Shown in pieces: positions 1 through 13,283 of a stretch of DNA of 64,000 nt. Each line of letters begins with the position of its first letter. Position 1 is the stretch's first letter. This DNA comes from Bugula neritina (lineage: Eukaryota; Animalia; Bryozoa): contig OZ037769.1 in the NCBI GenBank assembly GCA_964035545.1, forward strand, positions 62,001-126,000, given 5' to 3'. Under the pieces are notes generated by a model, which was not told the DNA's origin, made no database searches, and was given only the letters and a program-made list of their open reading frames with translations. The position numbers were made by a program, and so were the translations under genes.

Positions 1-312
1 AAGCTGTCCAGCTAAAATATTAAAATTAATTACAATAAATTGGCCAAATTACTTCACACTATAAGCTTTACTGCGAAGAGTTTATAGCTGACGTTAAATT
101 TTAGGCTATGGAAATTTTGTTTTTCAACAGTAGTAGCTTTTATCACTCAGGTGGGTGAACAAATTATACTATTAAAGTAGTCTTCACTTAAGAGGAGGCA
201 ACTCCGAGAGATCGATCTGACACTCCCATGGAAAAACAATCGACCTGAGCACATCTGAGAGATGTGCTCAGGTCGATCTCCCTGAGATCGATCCATGGAA
301 AGCCAGTGAAAA

Positions 313-1800
313 TATACTACTATATACTGTATGCTAACTCTCTATATATACTACTATATACTGTATGCTAACTCTCTATATATACTACTATATACTGTAT
401 GCTAACTCTCTATATATACTACTATATACTGTATGCTAACTCTCTATATATACTACTATATACTGTATGCTAACTCTCTATATATACTACTATATACTGT
501 ATGCTAACTCTCTATATATACTACTATATACTGTATGCTAACTCTCTATATATACTACTATATACTGTATGCTAACTCTCTATATATACTACTATATACT
601 GTATGCTAACTCTCTATATATACTACTATATACTGTATGCTAACTCTCTATATATACTACTATATACTGTATGCTAACTCTCTATATATACTACTATATA
701 CTGTATGCTAACTCTCTATATATACTACTATATACTGTATGCTAACTCTCTATATATACTACTATATACTGTATGCTAACTCTCTATATATACTACTATA
801 TACTGTATGCTAACTCTCTATATATACTACTATATACTGTATGCTAACTCTCTATATATACTACTATATACTGTATGCTAACTCTCTATATATACTACTA
901 TATACTGTATGCTAACTCTCTATATATACTACTATATACTGTATGCTAACTCTCTATATATACTTCTATATACTGTATGCTAACTCTCTATATATACTAC
1001 TATATACTGTATGCTAACTCTCTATATATACTACTATATACTGTATGCTAACTCTCTATATATACTACTATATACTGTATGCTAACTCTCTATATATACT
1101 ACTATATACTGTATGCTAACTCTCTATATATACTACTATATACTGTATGCTAACTCTCTATATATACTACTATATACTGTATGCTAACTCTCTATATATA
1201 CTACTATATACTGTATGCTAACTCTCTATATATACTACTATATACTGTATGCTAACTCTCTATATATACTACTATATACTGTATGCTAACTCTCTATATA
1301 TACTACTATATACTGTATGCTAACTCTCTATATATACTACTATATACTGTATGCTAACTCTCTATATATACTACTATATACTGTATGCTAACTCTCTATA
1401 TATACTACTATATACTGTATGCTAACTCTCTATATATACTACTATATACTGTATGCTAACTCTCTATATATACTTCTATATACTGTATGCTAACTCTCTA
1501 TATATACTACTATATACTGTATGCTAACTCTCTATATATACTACTATATACTGTATGCTAACTCTCTATATATACTACTATATACTGTATGCTAACTCTC
1601 TATATATACTACTATATACTGTATGCTAACTCTCTATATATACTACTATATACTGTATGCTAACTCTCTATATATACTACTATATACTGTATGCTAACTC
1701 TCTATATATACTACTATATACTGTATGCTAACTCTCTATATATACTACTATATACTGTATGCTAACTCTCTATATATACTACTATATACTGTATGCTAAC
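313..1800. repeat. Intronic minisatellite, 34-nt unit (ctgtatgctaactctctatatatactactatata), ~44 near-identical copies
   Basis: Direct reading. Begins 5 nt inside the donor at 1805 of POLDIP2 intron 5. Confidence 0.97.
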
Positions 1801-1805
1801 ATTAC

Positions 1806-4800
1806 CTGAACTTTTGTCATGTATAAAAAACTTCTCAAAAAGGTCGTTGTGAATGGGCTGGGGGTCAGAGGTCGTGTACGGGATGACATCCTCGTGTGAC
1901 ACGTAATCCAGTCCGGGAATTGAAAACATGGAGCTCTCATTTCCTGTGTTTCCCATCAGAGTAACAGATTCTATCTGAGCATTCTGGAGAGTATAGCATA
2001 GCATAGCATAGCATAGCATAATAGTGTATAGTATAGCATAGTATAGTATAGCATAGTATAATAGTGTATACTGTATAGTATAGCATAGTATAATAGTGTA
2101 AAGTACAGCATAGTTTAGTATAGCATAGTATAGCATAGCATAATAGTGTATAGTATAGCATAGCATAGCATAGCATAGTATAGTACAGTATAGTATAGTA
2201 CAGTATAGCATAGTATAGCATAGTATAATAGTGTATAGTATAGTATAGCATAGTATAATAGTGTATAGTAGAGCATAGCATAGCATAGCATAATAGTGTA
2301 TAGTATAGCATAGTACAGTATAGCATAGTATAATAGTGTATACTGTATAGTATAGTATAGTATAGCATAGTATAATAGTGTATAGTATAGCATAGTATAG
2401 CATAATATAGCATAGCATAATAGTGTATACTGTATAGTATAGCATAGTATAATAGTGTAAAGTATAGCATAGCAGAGCATAGTATAGCAATGTATATATA
2501 ACACATATATCTTATATACTCACGATATGCGGCACGTCTTTAGCGTCTATAAGGGTCTGATAATATGTGTGAGTTTTACCAATAACATCCTTACCATGTC
2601 TACCACTTGGGTACGTCAAAGACCTGAGAAATCCAACATCAGTTCTATAGAGTATATTGTATACTAGTTCTATAGAGTATAGAGTGTATACTAGTTCTAT
2701 AGAGTATAGAGTGTATACTAGTTCTATAGAGTATATAGTGTATACTAGTTCTATAGAGTATATAGTGTATACTAGTTCTATAGAGTATAGTGTATACTAG
2801 TTCTATAGAGTATAGAGTATACTAGTTCTATAGAGTATACTAGTTCTATAGAGTATAGTGTATACTAGTTCTATAGAGTATAGAGTGTATACTAGTTCTA
2901 TAGAGTATAGTGTATACTAGTTCTATAGAGTATAGAGTGTATACTAGTTCTATAGAGTATAGAGTGTATACTAGTTCTATAGAGTATATAGTGTATACTA
3001 GTTCTATAGAGTATATAGTGTATACTAGTTCTATAGAGTATAGTGTATACTAGTTCTATAGAGTATAGAGTATACTAGTTCTATAGAGTATAGAGTATAC
3101 TAGTTCTATAGAGTATAGTGTATACTAGTTCTATAGAGTATAGAGTATACTAGTTCTATAGAGTATAGAGTATACTAGTTCTATAGAGTATAGAGTATAC
3201 TAGTTCTATAGAGTATAGAGTATACTAGTTCTATAGAGTATAGAGTATACTAGTTCTATAGAGTATATAGCGTATACTAGTTCTATAGAGTATAGCGTAT
3301 ACTAGTTCTATAGAGTATAGAGTATACTAGTTCTATAGAGTATAGAGTATACTAGTTCTATAGAGTATAGTGTATACTAGTTCTATAAAGTATATTGTAT
3401 ACTAGTTCTATAGAGTATATTGTATACTAGTTCTATAGAGTATAGAGTGTATACTAGTTCTATAGAGTATAGAGTGTATACTAGTTCCATAGAGTATATA
3501 GTGTATACTAGTTCTATAGAGTATATAGTGTATACTAGTTCTATAGAGTATAGTGTATACTAGTTCTATAGAGTATAGAGTATACTAGTTCTATAGAGTA
3601 TACTAGTTCTATAGAGTATAGTGTATACTAGTTCTATAGAGTATAGAGTGTATACTAGTTCTATAGAGTATAGTGTATACTAGTTCTATAGAGTATAGAG
3701 TGTATACTAGTTCTATAGAGTATAGAGTGTATACTAGTTCTATAGAGTATATAGTGTATACTAGTTCTATAGAGTATATAGTGTATACTAGTTCTATAGA
3801 GTATAGTGTATACTAGTTCTATAGAGTATAGAGTATACTAGTTCTATAGAGTATAGAGTATACTAGTTCTATAGAGTATAGTGTATACTAGTTCTATAGA
3901 GTATAGAGTATACTAGTTCTATAGAGTATAGAGTATACTAGTTCTATAGAGTATAGAGTATACTAGTTCTATAGAGTATAGAGTATACTAGTTCTATAGA
4001 GTATAGAGTATACTAGTTCTATAGAGTATATAGCGTATACTAGTTCTATAGAGTATAGCGTATACTAGTTCTATAGAGTATAGAGTATACTAGTTCTATA
4101 GAGTATAGAGTATACTAGTTCTATAGAGTATAGTGTATACTAGTTCTATAAAGTATATTGTATACTAGTTCTATAGAGTATATTGTATACTAGTTCTATA
4201 GAGTATAGAGTATACTAGTTCTATAGAGTATAGAGTATACTAGTTCTATAGAGTATAGCGTATACTAGTTCTATAGAGTATATAGCGTATACTAGTTCTA
4301 TAGAGTATAGTGTATACTAGTTCTATAGAGTATAGAGTATACTAGTTCTATAGAGTATACTAGTTCTATAGAGTATAGAGTATACTAGTTCTATAGAGTA
4401 TAGTGTATACTAGTTCTATAAAGTATATTGTATACTAGTTCTATAGAGTATATTGTATACTAGTTCTATAGAGTATAGAGTGTATACTAGTTCTATAGAG
4501 TATAGAGTGTATACTAGTTCTATAGAGTATATAGTGTATACTAGTTCTATAGAGTATATAGTGTATACTAGTTCTATAGAGTATAGTGTATACTAGTTCT
4601 ATAGAGTATAGAGTATACTAGTTCTATAGAGTATACTAGTTCTATAGAGTATAGTGTATACTAGTTCTATAGAGTATAGAGTGTATACTAGTTCTATAGA
4701 GTATAGTGTATACTAGTTCTATAGAGTATAGAGTGTATACTAGTTCTATAGAGTATAGAGTGTATACTAGTTCTATAGAGTATATAGTGTATACTAGTTC

Positions 4801-6377
4801 TATAGAGTATATAGTGTATACTAGTTCTATAGAGTATAGTGTATACTAGTTCTATAGAGTATAGAGTATACTAGTTCTATAGAGTATAGAGTATACTAGT
4901 TCTATAGAGTATAGTGTATACTAGTTCTATAGAGTATAGAGTATACTAGTTCTATAGAGTATAGAGTATACTAGTTCTATAGAGTATAGAGTATACTAGT
5001 TCTATAGAGTATAGAGTATACTAGTTCTATAGAGTATAGAGTATACTAGTTCTATAGAGTATATAGCGTATACTAGTTCTATAGAGTATAGCGTATACTA
5101 GTTCTATAGAGTATAGAGTATACTAGTTCTATAGAGTATAGAGTATACTAGTTCTATAGAGTATAGTGTATACTAGTTCTATAAAGTATATTGTATACTA
5201 GTTCTATAGAGTATATTGTATACTAGTTCTATAGAGTATAGAGTATACTAGTTCTATAGAGTATAGAGTATACTAGTTCTATAGAGTATAGCGTATACTA
5301 GTTCTATAGAGTATATAGCGTATACTAGTTCTATAGAGTATAGTGTATACTAGTTCTATAGAGTATAGAGTGTAGCCTAGTTCTCTAGAATATAGAGTGT
5401 AGCCTAATTCTATAGAATATAGAGTATACTAATTCTATAGAGTATACTAGTTCTATAGAGTGTATACTAGTTCTATAGAATATAGAGTGTAGCCTAGTTC
5501 TATAGAGTATAGAGTGTATAGTGTAATATGGTAGCATACTTTGTGTCATCTCTGTCGTATACTTTGGCAACCCAAGGGAAGAGCACCACACCTTTATATC
5601 CCAGTACTTGGTGAAGGAACAACTAAAACACGTATCATAGGAAAACAGATTAATGGGAGTTGTTGAGAGGTTAGCATGAAGGCAGGTAGAGTCATATTGA
5701 GTATAAACTATTAATGTAAAGACAGAGCTAATGACTAGTATGGGAGATGGTACCAAGCATACCTGCCCTGCCTCGTACTTTCCTTGTAGCTTCGGAGTTT
5801 GTAATCTCCCCACTTCTACTAGTCTAAAACATCACAGAATCACAATACCCAGTAGTTGAAACAATACGTGAATGATAGGTACAAGTATTCAACACACAAC
5901 TTACTAAGAAGTATTCAACACAGAACGTACTAAGAAGTATTCAACACATAACGTACTGAGTATTCAACACATAACGTACTAAGTATTCAACACATAACGT
6001 ACTGAGTGTTCAACACATAACGTACTGAGTATTCAACGCATAACGTACTAAGTATTCAACACATAACGTACTAAGTGTTCAACACATAACGTACTGAGAA
6101 GTATTCAACACATAACGTACTGAGTAATCAACACATAACGTACTGAGTATTCAACACATAACGTACTGAGTATTCAACACATAACGTACTAAGTGTTCAA
6201 CACATAACGTACTAAGTGTTCAACACATAACGTACTGAGAAGTATTCAACACATAACGTACCGTGAGGAAAACCGATGAGAAGATGTTTCTAAAGCAGCA
6301 CCACAGCAGCAGAGGAGAGGTGAAGCCACATTAGCGAGGGTCGCGACCTGCTTTGACCAACCAATCACAGACAACAT
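1806..6377 (-). CDS. POLDIP2: Polymerase delta-interacting protein 2 (PDIP38), 5' part; gene continues beyond the left edge of the window
   Basis: Exons 6377-6262, 5823-5763, 5622-5540, 2644-2524 and 1983-1806 join in frame through GT-AG introns. They give a transit-like N-terminus (MLSVIGWSKQ...) then EVGRLQTPKLQGKYEAGQLFLHQVLGYKGVVLFPW...GKTHTYYQTLIDAKDVPHI...IPGLDYVSHEDVIPYT, matching the POLDIP2 YccV-like region. The ApaG/DUF525 domain is not in the window. Confidence 0.93.
1991..2490. repeat. Intronic degenerate (tagca/tagta)n pentamer-based array
   Basis: Fills POLDIP2 intron 4 (1984-2523) and is the source of the spurious Y/C/L-rich ORFs. Confidence 0.9.
2641..5520. repeat. Intronic minisatellite, 18-26-nt unit with core actagttctatagagtata, >100 copies with higher-order blocks
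   Basis: Fills POLDIP2 intron 3. The unit contains the acceptor junction CTATAG|AACT. Confidence 0.97.
5895..6261. repeat. Intronic minisatellite, ~23-nt unit (acacataacgtactgagtattca)
   Basis: POLDIP2 intron 1. On the - strand the unit starts at the donor GTACGT. Confidence 0.95.
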
Positions 6378-8324
6378 GCTAGAGGAGCACTTTTTCTAAA
6401 ATATATACTATTATATGACATCATATAAAATATATACAACTATATAATATTACAAAAAACATATACATTACACTTAGTCATATACATAATGATAATTATA
6501 GCCGTACTTTCCTCGTGTGAAGGAGGGGGGATAACTGTATAATAAATTCAAAATAGAGATGTAGCATAATCATTATGTGAACCATTAACAATTAATTTAT
6601 TATTTGTATTATAGTTATTCATCTCACTGTCATTAGCTTAGTAGTGGTACTAAAAATTATCTTAATTGAAATAAAAATGAAAATAATTAAATCAAAACTA
6701 CTTGAAGTCAATCATAACCTAAACAACTATCATTATTTATTACGATCATTATTATGACATTAACATGGCTGATTAATAATACCGAATACTTGAAGTGAAT
6801 TACTGAAGTTGTATAGAATGCGCTGGTAGCCCACATTTTGCTTTGAAGTTGAACGTATAAAGAAGCATGCCTTGTAGTACTAGTAGTAGTACTAGTAGTC
6901 CAGTGACTATCACTATGATTATCAGATTCAGTGTCACAATGACTAGAAGTATAACAATAAGTATAACAATATGATCAAGTACAACCATTAAATTTATTCA
7001 TTATTGATTTAAATGACATTTTAGCTTTACTATGCTACTACAACTAATACTATCACTATAACTATAAGTACAAGAATAAAATTATAACATTAATTATACT
7101 TATATATAGTTATACTTATAGTCTATAACTAGAAGTATAAGTATAAGTACGAGTATACTCTAACTTACATTGTATAACTATAAGTAGTGATACTGATAGT
7201 TCTATTTAATTTTTATTAATATTAAATCTAATAGTAATACTAATGATGATTATAATACTAATAGTATTACTATTAGTATTAGTATTAGTATTACTGAGTA
7301 ATAGGAGCAAAATGAAAATGAAATTCAACAATTAAATAATAGTTATAATTTCAGTGTAGCCGACCATACTGATTTCTCAATGTGAACAGTGATACTCATA
7401 CTGATAGTGATACTCATATTCATATTAATATTCAATTTCATATTGATACTCATAGTCATACTGATAGTGATACTGATAGTAATCAGTAATGTGATAGGGT
7501 CCGGTTGTAGCTTGTATAACTATCTCTCGATAGATTAAAATAGAATGGTCAGACACTTTTACTTAGTCTTTTTTTCAATAGACTCTCTCTGCAGAATAAA
7601 AAATTAAATGAATAGTATTATCTAAATTTATTCAGATACAATGATCCCTGTTGTAATCTGGAGCGTTAATGCAATGAACAATTGCACTTACTACAATACA
7701 AAAAAGTTAACTGAAAGTCGCTAGAAGCAGCACCCAGATGATGGTCACTAAACACAGTCTTACGACGGGAGCTTAGGCATTTGAAGTCGAGATTTTCGGA
7801 GTTACTTCTGCACTCAGTGACTAATACCTCAGTGCTGTTTATAGCAGTTTTTCACTAAACTGAATACGCAAGTTCAAGTTGTTTTATAAGCAGCACTGAG
7901 TTGGGGGCTGGCTGAAATCATTAGTCTAGAATTCTCCAGTTTGGAGGCACCCTACCCGATAATTTTAAGCCACTGCACTAAGTTACCCCCTAACTCAGAG
8001 ATGCTTATAGGACAATTTATGTATTCTATTTGCTCGCGAGTAGACTTTGCGCCTAAGTTGAAAATTAGTGTGGAAAAGTGTGTTTGAAGCCTGTTGAAAT
8101 GATATCATCGATACCCAGGCTTCCGTATAAAAAACCGAATATTGTAGTTGCTATACAAAAAGGAAAGACACTACCACTAGAATGACTTAATTATTAACAA
8201 AAGTGAAAGTTGCGCACTGTATGATTTTTTTCTGTCAATCAAATCACACATTTACGTCATTGTGCAGAATACAACTACATAAAATCACATAGTTCTATAT
8301 ATTGCTAGAACTGAACCTGACTAT

Positions 8325-8896
8325 TGTGATAGATTCTCATCCTCTACTGTTCTCAAGTAACTGCGTGTGTCAGTATTATAATTACTGTTGCGTATATTTT
8401 GAATGCTGTAATTGTAGCTAAGTTGGGCTAGCTTTCTAATGCCCTATTATTGTGATTGTTGATAAAGCTTTCAGTATAATGTAATTTTCATGAAATACGC
8501 ATTTCCGGAGTTATTTTCCCTTTTTGCTATTTTATCATTTTGCATTAATACTGATACTGGAAATTTGTGTAGCTTTTATGAATGCCTTCAATAGGTTGTT
8601 ATTATAGCTAAATTCTTGGCCTATTGAATGATTCATTCTCCTTTGTCTATTTTTCTTTTGTTACTGTCAAGCTTAACTTTCTTTTGTCTGTTGGAACATT
8701 CTAGATGTGAATTCTTGTGTATAAAAGCAGGCGAGTTTCCAGTGTAGATTCAGACTTCTATTGGAGCTCGCTGGTAGTAGGGCCCTAAGCTGTATCTGAT
8801 ACAATAAAGGTTATCCTCATTTGTACTCAAATACTTGGCTTATTCTTTATAGAGCATGTAGGCACTAGTTGCATTCAGAACCCACAGTTTACTACA
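8325..8896 (+). mobile_element. Solo LTR (572 bp) of an LTR retrotransposon
   Basis: Starts TGTGATAGA and ends TTTACTACA (TG...CA). Flanked by the 4-bp direct repeat CTAT (8321-8324, 8897-8900). Internal TATAAAA (8720-8726) is followed by AATAAA (8803-8808) in LTR-like order. Confidence 0.65.
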
Positions 8897-9443
8897 CTAT
8901 TAGTACAAACAATTTGCTTACATTGTTTAAAAAATAATCTGGGAAATTGACAAACTTAAATTATGATAATGCATGGATAAAAACACTAATCAAATAAAAC
9001 ATGTGCAACTTACAGTAGCATATGTAAAAATAAAACAAGGAAACTTGGAATTTCCTAGGCTTGATATGTAAAAATAAAAACAAAGTGACAGCAAAGAACC
9101 AAGTATGGATAAATACATTTTATAGATTTCAGTTACAGCATGTAGAAGGCATGCAGTAACTGAGTGCGCGTCACAGTCATTATGTTGAGCACATATAAAA
9201 TTTAGTCATTCAATTTAAGTTTGACTAAAAGAATGTAAAATAACAAAAAGAAAGTTATAAATATTGAACCTCAGGGTGTAGATAAAAATAATACTAAATA
9301 CAGCACGGATTGAATATAAAATTGAAAAGGTATAGAGCAGAAACTGCATGAATAAAAATGAAATGACAGATATGTAAGTGAGATGTAAGTGAATGGCTTG
9401 TCTGAAGAAACAGATATACAAATAGCTGACTTATTGTAGAGCT

Positions 9444-11333
9444 TCAAGACAAGATGAATGTTGCATCATTTTGAAGAGCTGAGCTCAGGACTCTGTTTCC
9501 AGAAGTTAACCTGTTGTGTGGAGTCCAGGAGGGACCAATATCCTCGCCTGAAGAGAAAAAACCCAGAGTAGAATATGGTGGTCAGCACACAGTATATATC
9601 TGTCAGCACACAGTACATATCTGTCAGCATACAGTATATATCTGTCAGCATACAGTATATATCTGTCAGCACACAGTATATATCTGTCAGCATACAGTAC
9701 ATATCTGTCAGCACACAGTACATATCTGTCAGCATACAGTATATATCTGTCAGCATACAGTATATATCTGTCAGCACACAGTACATATCTGTCAGCACAC
9801 AGTACATATCTGTCAGCATACAGTACATATCTGTCAGCATACAGTATATATCTGTCAGCATACAGTACATATCTGTCAGCACACAGTACATATCTGTCAG
9901 CACACAGTATATATCTGTCAGCATACAGTACATATCTGTCAGCACACAGTACATATCTGTCAGCATACAGTATATATCTGTCAGCACACAGTACATATAT
10001 CTGTCGGCATACAGTACATATCTGTCAGCATACAGTATATATCTGTCAGCATACAGTACATATCTGTCAGCACACAGTACATATCTGTCAGCACACAGTA
10101 TATATCTGTCAGCATACAGTACATATCTGTCCGCATACAGTATATATCTGTCAGCACACAGTATATATCTGTCAGCACACAGTATATATCTGTCAGCACA
10201 CAGTACATATCTGTCAGCACACAGTACATATCTGTCAGCACACAGTATATATCTGTCAGCACACAGTACATATATCTGTCAGCATACAGTATATATCTGT
10301 CAGCACACAGTATATATCTGTCAGCATACAGTATATATCTGTCAGCACACAGTATATATCTGTCAGCACACAGTATATATCTGTCAGCACACAGTATATA
10401 TCTCCCAGCACACAGTACATCTACCTGTCAGCACATTGTAGTGATTCGTCAGCAGTCTATTTTTCGGCATCTCATGCTTTGGCTTACTGAGGTCTAACAT
10501 TGCACCGAGTTTGCTATGAGTGAGTGTATACTGAGATAAGTTGGCAGGTTTGTAGCCTCTAGAGGTCAATGTTTGCCGAACTCTTTCACTCTCCATACTG
10601 ACTGCCTTGTTATCTAACACTGGCTGTAGGATTTGACAATGCTACAAGGTAGATACAGGTAGATCAGTAGCTGTAAGTGTATAGAGTACACAGTTGTACT
10701 TACATAGTATGGTACTTACACTCTGAGAATACTTGCTGTAGTAGTCACCACTGTAAGTAGAACTTCGCTGAAAGCTAGGTTCTCTCCCCAGAACTATCTG
10801 TGAGGTGTGCATAGACCTGCACGCATGAGGTTTGGAGGAAGGCAATAGGCCACTTTTACCACCATATTGCTGTAATATCATTCATATACTATAATATACC
10901 ATATACTCATGTACTATGTACTTACATACTACATGCTTCCACACTACATACTATGTACTTACATATATCTACACTATATACTCACATACTACATACTTAC
11001 ATATATTGAACATATTATAATTAAATAAATTGTGTATATACTTGCATATTTTGAGGTAGAGACAAACATAGGTTTCACTGGAGCATATGTCATCGTTGTA
11101 GCATGCATTGGCCGATCTCCTTTGGCAGGAGTTACATATTCTTCATTCAGGTTTGGCAACTGACGCTCTTTATATGGTATTATGCAGGGGTACGCATAGT
11201 CTGCTGTACTAATTATACCACTGTTTGACCCTTGACCTTTTGGCTTCGAGCGCTTACCACAGTCTTTACCAAAATATTCACCGTCGCCTTGAGGTGAACG
11301 GTGGTGTAACTTAGCATCCAGTGTTCTCAACAT
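9444..11333 (-). CDS. Uncharacterised protein, ~252 aa
   Basis: Exons 11333-11046, 10869-10720, 10641-10425 and 9547-9444 total 759 nt in one frame (MLRTLDAK...NHYNVLTGEDIGPSW...SGNRVLSSALQNDATFILS*). Intron 1 needs a GC donor (TAT|GCAAGT) to keep frame. No family recognised with confidence. Confidence 0.6.
9581..10436. repeat. Intronic minisatellite, 21-nt unit (ctgtcagcacacagtatatat), ~40 copies
   Basis: Fills intron 3 of the uncharacterised gene. The unit includes the last 11 nt of the upstream exon. Confidence 0.96.
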
Positions 11334-13283
11334 CTTCACAAAAGTTTGTGATCAGAAGATACGCTTCAAACAAAACTTTCATACATCATGACTCACAAGC
11401 TTTGACTAAAAACCTGAAATGCAGTAGATCCATCAGGTTGAATCTGTATTATTAATTTTATTTACTTTTAAACTTTTAGTTTTACTGCATTTGTTTTTTT
11501 TTTATCAAAGTAGAATAGCATTTCGGTAGATTAGCAGTGTAAAACGACAGTAAGTGTAGCACCTACTGTTGAACTTATATTTTAGTTTATAGCAATACTG
11601 ATTAAGTTAATAGCTAATGCTATACCAAGATTATTCGAACTCAACTTACAGTTATAGTCAGAAGAGATATACTTATAGTCATTATACCATTAGTGTTGTA
11701 CTTATAGTAATAGTAGTAGTTACTACTTAGAGCTATAACTTGAAATTGTCTGTTTAAATTTATTACTTTAAGTTTAATTTTATTAACTTATATTTATTAA
11801 TAATTTTTGAAATTGAATGATTTAATGAATAGGCATAGCAGCATGCTGCATGAGCATAGTAATTTTCAGAACAATTTTATCACTGTCTGTTACTAATACT
11901 AATAGAAACTAATTATTTTTATTTTATTAAAAAATTCATGATTATTTAGTTAATTTAAGTGAGGATACTCATACTCACCAGTGAACTAGTATAAAGTAAA
12001 TAAAATTGTACTAGAGGGAGTGAGAGCGTTACTGAAAACTCCTGAGGCACCGTTAAAATGAAACCATGATGTTATGGTAACAGCGAGCCTCCACTCAAAC
12101 TGTCGTGATAATCACCTAGATACTCTATAGCCTATACGTTTGAAGATCGCAAACACTCCACAGTCCACTATAATATCTAATTGAGGGGTTACTTTCCCAA
12201 AGGATAAAAATTACTCCATGCACACTTTAGCATAAACTGCTTCTTCAAGTTAATCACTTTTAAATTATCATAATATTATTAATCATAATGATGCTATAAT
12301 ATTTTATATTTCAATTATGTTGATATATAAATATTATTTTCAGCATGTATAAATTTGCTGTATCACACTATAGCTATATTTACGTTATACTCACTCACTA
12401 TAGGTATTGATATTCCAACATGAACATAATCATAATGATAATGATAATGATAAAGGCCCTGGGCCTGGGCATTGGTGAAGGCTCGGGTTTATAAATTTAA
12501 ATAAAAAATAAATTTAAACTCGTCATGATCAAATCAATTTCAACATTTAAATATTGAATTTTCTTTATTAATTAGGCAACTAACACAAATGGTGATACTA
12601 CTAATAGTAATAACATTAATGATTATTCTGTTATTATTAATAATTAGTATAATCATTATGATTATTATAATAATAATGGCTATGCCTATAGTGATAGTCT
12701 ATTAGTATTAGTATTACTTTGAATATGTCTATTGAGTATTGACTATTGTCTATTATTATTAGTATTAGTAATCAGTATTACTATACTATTTACTAACAGT
12801 AAAAGTAAGTATAATACTAATAGTAATAGTAATACTAGTGCAGTAATAGTAATACTAATACTAATAGTAATACTATTAGTATTACTATTACTCTTAGTAT
12901 TAGTTATTAATAATATTAATTTATAATTACTATTACTATTAGTATTACTATTGCTATTAGTACTAGTATTATATTTAGAGTTAGTAATTAGTAATTACTA
13001 TTACTATTAGTAATACTATTACTAATGGTAATTACTTATTCTAAGTATAATAGTAATACTAATACTAACAGTAATTAATATTATTAATAACTAATCTGCA
13101 GTTTCAGTTTGAGCTATAGTAATACTGATACTAATAGTTATGCTCGAAGTTGGTGGTTTATACTTCTATTTTATAGTTATACTAAAGTTAATAGTTTATT
13201 ATTACTAACAGTAATGCTAATACTATTGCTAATAGGCTTGATTTTATGTATATAATTTTTTCAATATTTCAGAGTAAATTACA

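Noticed and set aside
1762-2506. Long Tyr/Cys/Leu/Thr-rich ORFs here and at 9466-10497, 29429-29867, 30367-30897, 57701-59385 and 63668-63993
   Set aside because: They are translations of intronic tandem repeats open in several frames on both strands. Only the embedded exon parts are coding.
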